From contig CAVSBT010000041.1 in assembly GCA_963726245.1 (NCBI GenBank), positions 1 to 28,334 of the forward strand: a stretch of 28,334 nucleotides of DNA, read 5' to 3'. Positions within the stretch are counted from its first letter, which is position 1. Each line of letters begins with the position of its first letter. The stretch is from an uncultured Chloroflexia bacterium (GTDB taxonomy: Bacteria > Chloroflexota > Dehalococcoidia > DSTF01 > JALHUB01). Positions 22,290 through 28,334 of the stretch are shown in pieces. The translations under genes and the position numbers were made by a program. The notes under the pieces are model-generated. The model was not told the origin of the DNA and searched no databases. It saw nothing but the letters and a program-made list of their open reading frames with translations.

Positions 22290-22565
22290 CTAGGCCTTCG
22301 CCTCTTCCGGCGGAATGGCGATGCCGCAGTGTGGGCAGTAGTGGGCGCCCACCGGCGGCAGCGGACTGCCGCAGCCCGGACAGCGGGTCGCCAGGCGAGC
22401 GCCGCACTCGGTGCAGTACTGCCAGTAGGGAGGCACCTCCGCCTGGCAGCTCTGGCATTCCACCACGAACTTGCGGAAGACCTCCAGGCTATGCTGCAGC
22501 TGCTCCTCCGACACGGCGCTTCGCGGCCGGCGGCGGCGCCGGGGGCGTTCACGGGCCTCAGCCAT
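22290..22565 (-). CDS. Double zinc-ribbon protein (91 aa)
   Basis: Four CxxC motifs (CQSC, CTEC, CPGC, CPHC) and an Arg-rich N-terminus. The ATG is 2 nt after the phosphatase stop. Confidence 0.8.
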   Translation of the reverse strand: MAEARERPRRRRRPRSAVSEEQLQHSLEVFRKFVVECQSCQAEVPPYWQYCTECGARLATRCPGCGSPLPPVGAHYCPHCGIAIPPEEAKA

Positions 22566-22567
22566 GG

Positions 22568-23252
22568 CTATTCCTCTCCCGTCTCTTCGAAGACGTGGGC
22601 CTCCGCTTGGGCTTCGCGGCTGGCCGACAGGTGGCACACGTCATTCAAGGACGCCAGCACCGCCGGAGGGCCACCCGGCCAGCCCTGGCCCAGCGTGTCC
22701 ACCACTGTGATCGATCCGTTCTCCACCACGAACGGAATCGGCCGCCGGTAGGGCCGGCCCAGGACCTCCAGCAGGAACACAGCGATGACGCCGGCATGGG
22801 TTACCACCGCCACCGTCTGGCCGCGGTGGTGCTCGCGCAGGCCCCAGAGGGCATCGCACACCCGGCGGCGGAAGGCGTCGCGGCCTTCCTCGCCCGGGTA
22901 GTGCGGGTACTCGCCGCTGCGGGAAACGACCGCCGCAGCCACCGCTGGCGCCCGCTGGTGGATCTCCCCCCAGGTCAGGCCGGAGAGCTCGCCGAAATCG
23001 TACTCCTGCGCCGCGGCCAGGGCCTGGGGCGCCAGGCCCAGCGCCTGTGGCGATGACCGCCGCCGTCTCCCAGGCGCGCCGAATGGGGCTGCTGTAGACC
23101 GCAGCGATCTGCCAGCCGGCCAGCCGCCGCGCCAGCAGCCTCGGCCTGGCGGCGGCCGCGCTGCTCAGGGGGAACTCGTGCTGACCCTGAAGCCGCCACT
23201 CCCGGTTGCCCTCCGACTCGCCATGCCGAATCAGCAGCCAGCGCATCGACAT
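22568..23252 (-). CDS. Histidine phosphatase (PGM-like) family protein (frameshifted)
   Basis: LIRHGESEGN, YSSPIRRAWETA, EYDFG, VVTHAGVI and LNDVCHL. Confidence 0.88.
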
Positions 23253-23254
23253 TC

Positions 23255-23846
23255 CTAGCGCCCCACCGTCGAAAGGTGATCCGAGGAAGCCCTTGAGGAT
23301 GCGAGCGGTGGCCCCCCAGATGCGATGGTCGCCGTAGTGATAGGTGAGGATGGGCAGCCGGCGGTCGCCGAGCCGGCGCACGGCCAGCTCCAGGTTGCGC
23401 TCGTCCATCAGGTGGCTCAAGGGACCTCCACCAGCTCCGCCACCTCGTGGGCATTGGCCGCGAAGGGATAGACGGCGTGGGAAGAGGCCCACGAAGGGGC
23501 TCACCACAAAGTCGGTGATGGTCACGATGTCGTCCAGGCGGCCCAGGACCTCCACGTCCTGCTGGCCGCACGCCGATCTCCTCCTCCGTCTCCCGCAGGG
23601 CGGTGGTCAGCAGGTCGCCGTCCTCGGGGTCGAAGGCGCCGCCGGGGAAGGAGGTCTCTCCCTTGTGGTGCTCCACGTCGTCGGTGCGCCTGGTGAGGAC
23701 GATATAGGGCTCGCCCGCCTTCTCGTAGAGGAGGAGAAGGACCGCGGCCGGCGTCGCTCAGGCCTGCGAAAGACGCGCGGCCGGTAGTCGGCAAGAAGTC
23801 GCGTATTTGCTTGAAGAAGGCTGGCCTCTCTCACCACCATCGGCAT
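23255..23846 (-). CDS. CoA pyrophosphatase-type Nudix hydrolase (frameshifted; start approximate)
   Basis: AAVLLLL, LTRRT...HKGETSFPGG, TALRETEEEIG Nudix box and IWGATARIL. Confidence 0.88.
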
Positions 23847-24034
23847 CCCCCAACTGCATGATAGCGTATCCAGGGGCCGGAAGGCCACCCCGAAGGCTCT
23901 CTCCTTGTTCTGGACCCACGATGGCCAGATCATTTACGACATAATGATTAGTTTCCAGGTTGATCGATAGGACGGTCGAGTCGAGAATGAGATTAACCGC
24001 CGGGGGGTGCGCTCACAGGGCTCCCGACGCGACC

Positions 24035-24076
24035 GGGGCGGGGAGACAGACTCTCCCCGCCCCTTCTTTTGTCTTT
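24035..24076. terminator. Strong hairpin downstream of tRNA-Ile2, with its T-tract on the + strand
   Basis: GGGGCGGGGAGA-CAGAC-TCTCCCCGCCCC followed by TTCTTTTGTCTTT. Confidence 0.65.
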
Positions 24077-24081
24077 CGTGG

Positions 24082-24156
24082 TGGTGGGCCCGGCAGGATT
24101 CGAACCTACGATCAACCGGTTATGAGCCGGCCGCTCTGCCGCTGAGCTACGGGCCC
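24082..24156 (-). tRNA. tRNA with CAT anticodon, most likely tRNA-Ile2 (lysidine)
   Basis: GGGCCCG..CGGGCCC-ACCA acceptor and GCCGG-CTCATAA-CCGGT anticodon arm. The 1:72 pair is intact, so it is not fMet. C4:G69 and C5:G68 match TilS substrates. Confidence 0.88.
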
Positions 24157-24263
24157 GCGGGGGATGCGCCAGGCGCGCTCCGCCCATCATCATAGCACCG
24201 GCGGAAAGCATCGCAAGCCGGCCGGGGCGGAATGTCAATGCCCTATGGAGTGGGTACGCGCGG

Positions 24264-25103
24264 TCAGGGGAGCGGGTGCAGCCCGTCCAGCCACCCGAGC
24301 AGCGCCCGGTTGAACGCCTCCGGTTGCTCCAGCGGCGGGATGTGGCCGGCGTCGGCGATGACCTGGAGCCGGGCGCCGGCGATGTTCCCCGCCAGCACCT
24401 CGGCGATGAGCTGGAAGTCGGGGATGTCCAGCTCCCCCACCAGCACCAGGGTCGACGCCCGGACCTCCGCCAGCCGGTCGATCGCCTGGCGTTCGGGCGG
24501 AACGTACGGCGTCTCGTCGAGGTAGTCGGCGGCGGCGTAGGCCAGGGCCATCGTCCGCAGCAGTTCGAAGCGTTTCGGGAAGCGGCGGATGCCATCGAAG
24601 AGGGGGTGCGACAGCCACAGCCGCTCGAAGGCGGCGGCCGGCCCCTCGGTGCGCACGGCGGCCACCAGCGCCTCGACGGCGCCGGCGAACTCCGGCGAAT
24701 AGTCGAAGCCGGGCAGGGCCGAATCGACCAGCGCCAAGGACGCGACGCGCTGCGGGAAGTCCAGCGCGAGCTGGAGGGCGATGCCGCCGCCCATGGACAG
24801 CCCCACGACGTGGGCCCGCGCCGCGGCGATGCCGTCCAGCAGGTCGCGCAGGTCGAGGGCGTAGTTCGGCCAGGTGTAGCCGCTGGGCGGGACACTGCTG
24901 CGGCCGTGGCCGCGCACGTCGTAACGGATGACGCGATAGCCGGCGGCGACCAGGGCCGGCACCTGGAGGTCCCACAGGCGGCGGTCGGCGCTGTGGCCGT
25001 GGATGAGGACGACGGGGCCGAAGGTCGGCCGGCCTGCCGGCCCTCGCCCCTGGCCAGCCTCCTCGTAGTAGGTATCGATGCCGTTGGTGCGGACGTGAGG
25101 CAA
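24264..25103 (-). CDS. Alpha/beta fold hydrolase (enol-lactonase-like)
   Basis: LIHG, YDVRGHGRS, nucleophile elbow GLSMGG, GELD and AGHIPPLEQP. Intact. Confidence 0.9.
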   Translation of the reverse strand: MPHVRTNGIDTYYEEAGQGRGPAGRPTFGPVVLIHGHSADRRLWDLQVPALVAAGYRVIRYDVRGHGRSSVPPSGYTWPNYALDLRDLLDGIAAARAHVVGLSMGGGIALQLALDFPQRVASLALVDSALPGFDYSPEFAGAVEALVAAVRTEGPAAAFERLWLSHPLFDGIRRFPKRFELLRTMALAYAAADYLDETPYVPPERQAIDRLAEVRASTLVLVGELDIPDFQLIAEVLAGNIAGARLQVIADAGHIPPLEQPEAFNRALLGWLDGLHPLP

Positions 25104-25141
25104 CGGGCTAGCCTACCGCAAAGGTGCGGCGGCTCCCTTCC

Positions 25142-25789
25142 CTACAGCTTTTCGATGATCGCGCGGCGCTTCTCCTGGTACTCCTCTTCCGAGATCAGGT
25201 CCTTCTGTCGGAGGTCGGCGAGGCGAGCGAGCGCCTGCTCCGCCGTCTCGCTGGTCGGCGAGGGCGAAGAGGTGAGCCTGATGGGCGGGGCGAACTGCGG
25301 CGGCGGCACGACGCCGGCCGGCAGCGCAGCGAGGCCACCCTTCTCGACAATCTTCTCGGAGCCTTGGGCTCGGACAACGACCGTGTTCACGAGCTTGTCG
25401 TGGAGCGTTTGGGCGTCGCGGTCCCACAGCAGCCAGAGCTCGTCCAGGTAGAAGGGGAGAATGCCGGCGAGGATGCCGGCGAGCCCCCGGACGAACATGC
25501 CGCCCGTGCGCACGGCGTCGCCGTTGGTACGGATGACGCGGATGCCCACGACGGCCTTGCCGGGATTCTGGCCGCGTGGGGCGACGATGAACCACCAGAT
25601 GAGCCAGCCGATGCCGAGCGTAAAGAACAAGATGAGGCCGCTGACCAGCCAGGAGATGAGGCGGTCGCCGCGGCCGGCCATAACGACGGTGCCTTCAGGG
25701 TCGAGGACGTAGGTGCCGTCGAACTGGCAGAACAGGCCTTCACCGAGCGGTTGGTGGCAGCGGACGCAGAGGCGGGCGGCAGTGGACAT
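25142..25789 (-). CDS. RDD-family membrane protein with N-terminal zinc ribbon and C-terminal SHOCT
   Basis: CVRC..FCQFDG, RLISWLV, GQNPGKAVVGIRV, QTLHDKLVNTVVV and LARLADLRQKDLISEEEYQEKR. Confidence 0.85.
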   Translation of the reverse strand: MSTAARLCVRCHQPLGEGLFCQFDGTYVLDPEGTVVMAGRGDRLISWLVSGLILFFTLGIGWLIWWFIVAPRGQNPGKAVVGIRVIRTNGDAVRTGGMFVRGLAGILAGILPFYLDELWLLWDRDAQTLHDKLVNTVVVRAQGSEKIVEKGGLAALPAGVVPPPQFAPPIRLTSSPSPTSETAEQALARLADLRQKDLISEEEYQEKRRAIIEKL

Positions 25790-25818
25790 GGCATCCCTCC
25801 CCAGGTGAGGATGGCGGT

Positions 25819-25847
25819 ATTATATGCCGCCGCCGTTGCGGTTACAA
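25819..25847 (-). promoter_or_regulatory. Putative sigma70 promoter for the RDD and hydrolase genes
   Basis: TTGTAA-17 bp-TATAAT, then a GGGAGG SD before the ATG at 25789. Confidence 0.65.
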
Positions 25848-25879
25848 CGGGACGCGGGTCATGGGTCAAGGGTGGTTTC

Positions 25880-25972
25880 TGTCATTCCGAGCCCGCAGGG
25901 CGAGGAATCTGGTGTGGGGTGGCTGACCCCGCCCCAGACCCTTCGTCCGCCTCTGGCGGACTCAGGGTGACA
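25880..25972. repeat. Convergent pair of family B hairpins (REPIN-like)
   Basis: TGTCATTCCGAGCCCGCAGGGCGAGGAATCT at 25880-25910 and reverse complement TGTCACCCTGAGTCCGCCAGAGGCGGACGAAGGGTCT at 25936-25972. Confidence 0.78.
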
Positions 25973-26033
25973 GGACGGGTGGGGCGTCAGTGGGAGAGGG
26001 GACGTGAGGCCACGGCGGGCCCCTGGCGGTGGC

Positions 26034-28090
26034 CTACGGCTTGCCGGGTGGCGGCTTCTTGGGGGGGCGCTTCTTGCGGGGCGGCCTTGGCTTGGGCGTG
26101 GGCTGAGCCGCGCCGGCGGCGGCGAGTACCTCCAGAGCCCGGGTGACGTTCTGGGGCCCTGGGCCGCCGGAGCCGGTGGATTCGAACAGCCCTTTGGCCT
26201 GGTTCAAGAGATCGCGCGCGTTCTCCACCTCGCCGCGTTGTGCAGCTAGGAACCCCAGGTTGCCCAGCTGGTTGGCTTGGCCATGCTTGTGACCCATCTC
26301 CATATGGATGGCGAGGGACTTCTGGTAGTGCTCCTCAGCTTTGTGCAGGTCGCCGCGGGCGGCGTAGACGAGCCCCAGGTTGCCGAGGTTCTGGGCCTGA
26401 CCCAGCTTGTTGCCGATCTCCTCATCGACGGCTAGGGATCTGCGGTGATGCTGTTCGGCTTCGTCCAGCCGGCCGCGCTCGCGGTAGAGGAGGCCGAGGT
26501 TGCCGAGCGTGGTGGCCGCGGCGAGCTGGTTGCCAATCTCCTGGCTGATAACCAGTGCCTGCTCGTAGTACCGCTCGGCCTTGTCCAGTTGGCCGCGGTC
26601 AGAGAAGATGAGGCCCAGGGCGTCCAGGGCGGTGGCCTCGCCGAGCCGGTTGCCTATTTCCCGGTTGATGACGAGGGCCTGGTTATGGTACTCCTCGGCC
26701 TTGTCCAGCTCGCCTCGGCGAAAGTAGATGTCGCCGAGCCTGGATAGTTCCTCTGCCTGCTCGCGCCGGTTCCCGATCCGGACACTGATGCCGAGGGCGT
26801 CTCCTATGTGCTTCTCCGCGCCGTCAAGATCGCCACGCAGGAAGTAGACTCTGCCCAGATTGTCGAGATCAGCGGCCTGCCCGAACAGGTTGTTGAGTTC
26901 TTGGTGGATGGCAAGCGCACTGTTGAGGTGCTGCTCCGCCTTGTCGGGGTGCCCGCGTTTCAGGTCCAGGACCCCCAGATTGGTGAAGGCGTTCGCCTCG
27001 TCCAGTCTATTGCCTATCGCCTCGTTGATGGAAACAGCTCTTTCGTAGTGCTCCTCGGCCTTGTCCAGGTCACCTCGCTCGCTGTACAGAATGCCAAGGT
27101 TCCCCAGCGCGCTAGCTTGGCGGAGCTTGCTGCCAACCTCGTAGGCAATCGCGAGGGCCTTCTTGAAATGTCCTTCCGCCGTGTTCAGGTCGCCACGCCG
27201 TCGCCGGACTATACCTAGGTTCGTTAGGGTACTAGCTTGGCCGAGCCGGTCACCGAGTTGCTGGTAGATCTCGAGAGCCTTGGCGAAGTACTCTCGGCGC
27301 TGCGGAGATCGCCGCGCTGCCCGCAGACAATCCCCAAGTTGCCCAGCTGTGACGCCTGGCCAGGCGGGTCGCCGAGTTGCTTAGCGATGGCGAGCGATCT
27401 CTTGAAGAGGTCTTGGGCCTTGTCGGACTCGCCGCGCTGCTGGTAGAGGATGCCCAAGTTGCCCAGGCCCAGGGCCTCCCCGAGCCTGTCGCCAATCCCT
27501 TCGTCTATGGCGAGGGCTTTTGACAAGTGGTCCTCGGCCTTGTCGAGCTCCCCACGGCCGAGGTAGACAATCCCCAGGTTGCCGACCGCCGCCGCCCTCG
27601 CTCTCTCGTCCGAGGCGTGCTCGGCGATCGCCTGGGCTTGCAGGAAGTGGGCTTCTGCCTCAACAGGGCGGCTGAGCCGGCTGAAACTGTTGCCGATGAG
27701 GATGTAGAGAGCGCAGCGCTGGCTGTCATCCTCTGCGGCAGCGAAGGCGCTCTCGAATTCCCGAATGGCCGCGAGGTGCTGCTCCTCGCGCTGGAGCCGT
27801 CGGCCCTCGTCGAAGTGATTCCGAACTTGGGGCCTCGCCTGCGGTAGGCCGTCCACGTAGATGTTCAAGTCGCCACCGACCTGAACATTTTGCAGCGTCA
27901 CAACGCGGTCCGCGGCACGCACCGTCACCGAGTTGCTGCTGCCGGGTTGCGGCGGCGCAGGTGCCCTTGGCGAGCTGGTTCCACGGCGCCAAAGCCAACC
28001 AAGGCCAGCCCCAATGACTCCCAGAGCACCAACAAATGTGAGCGCTCCTTGGGCCAGTGGGTCGCGGAAGAAGTCCCCAATCTGCTCCAT
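26034..28090 (-). CDS. Membrane-anchored protein with about 13 tandem 40-aa TPR repeats (about 680 aa; frameshifted)
   Basis: TM helix at aa 12-34, then repeats of A..LGNLG..Y..RG.LDKAE.H..ALAI...IG.RLG. The repeats continue past a frameshift near 27292 into ORF 26034-26303. Lys/Pro-rich tail. Confidence 0.85.
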
Positions 28091-28097
28091 TCGGCCC

Positions 28098-28334
28098 CTA
28101 CCCCGCTGGACACTACCGTCGCCCCTTCGCCGCCTTCCTTGGGCGGGGGTGTCGTAAGCGATTTTACCAGAGGGTGGCGCGATAGCGCCTCGCGGATGGC
28201 GCGGCGCAGGGTGCCCGTCCCCTTCCCGTGCACGATGCGTATCTGGGGCAGACCGGCCCCAAAGGCGTCGTCCAGCCGCTGGTCGATGAGGAGCATCACC
28301 TCGTCCACCCGCATGCCGCGCACCTCCAGCTCGA
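28098..28334 (-). CDS. mutS2: C-terminal Smr domain, probably of MutS2 (truncated by the window edge)
   Basis: LEVRGMRVDE..LDDAF..IRIVHGKGTGTLR..EGGEGATVV. The stop is probably the TAG at 28098-28100 after an indel. Confidence 0.78.

Noticed and set aside
22641-23555. Apparent Nudix-phosphatase fusion ORF
   Set aside because: An indel near 23280 bypasses the Nudix TAG at 23255-23257. The phosphatase has its own ATG at 23252.
23932-23961. TTATGTCGTAAAT (minus strand) resembling the XerD arm of a dif site, and ATAATGAT resembling a Fur box
   Set aside because: No matching XerC arm at 6-bp spacing, and only about half of the Fur consensus matches.
24082-24156. CAT-anticodon tRNA read as initiator or elongator tRNA-Met
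   Set aside because: G1:C72 is paired and the anticodon stem lacks the GGG/CCC of initiators. The acceptor stem fits Ile2 better, though elongator Met is not fully excluded.

Overview
The window looks like three unrelated DNA pieces joined end to end. (1) About 1-6550, roughly 50% GC, resembling an anaerobic Deltaproteobacterium: a minus-strand cluster encoding a TctC/Bug binding protein, a cytoplasmic DMSO-reductase-family molybdopterin enzyme, a 4x[4Fe-4S] subunit and a divergent, frameshifted AOR/WOR-family enzyme. (2) About 6560-9835, Planctomycete-like: a DUF1559 prepilin-type protein, its carboxypeptidase-regulatory-like partner, and mtnA. (3) About 9840-28334, roughly 70% GC, Chloroflexota/Dehalococcoidia-like and full of small indels that look like unpolished long-read errors. 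It holds a sulfite-oxidase-like gene, a TreT-like fragment, lspA, rluD, gltX, three tRNAs, a TPP enzyme, an ECF sigma/anti-sigma pair, a DUF59 protein, a Nudix-phosphatase-zinc-ribbon cluster, a hydrolase, an RDD protein, two membrane-anchored TPR proteins and the 3' end of mutS2. The most interesting signals are the two-pterin-enzyme operon with altered cofactor motifs, a RHIM-like (VQVG) segment in a TM-TPR protein, and covarying GA/GA hairpin repeats containing GCGNAGC mini-hairpins. GC values and taxonomy are estimates by eye, not computed.
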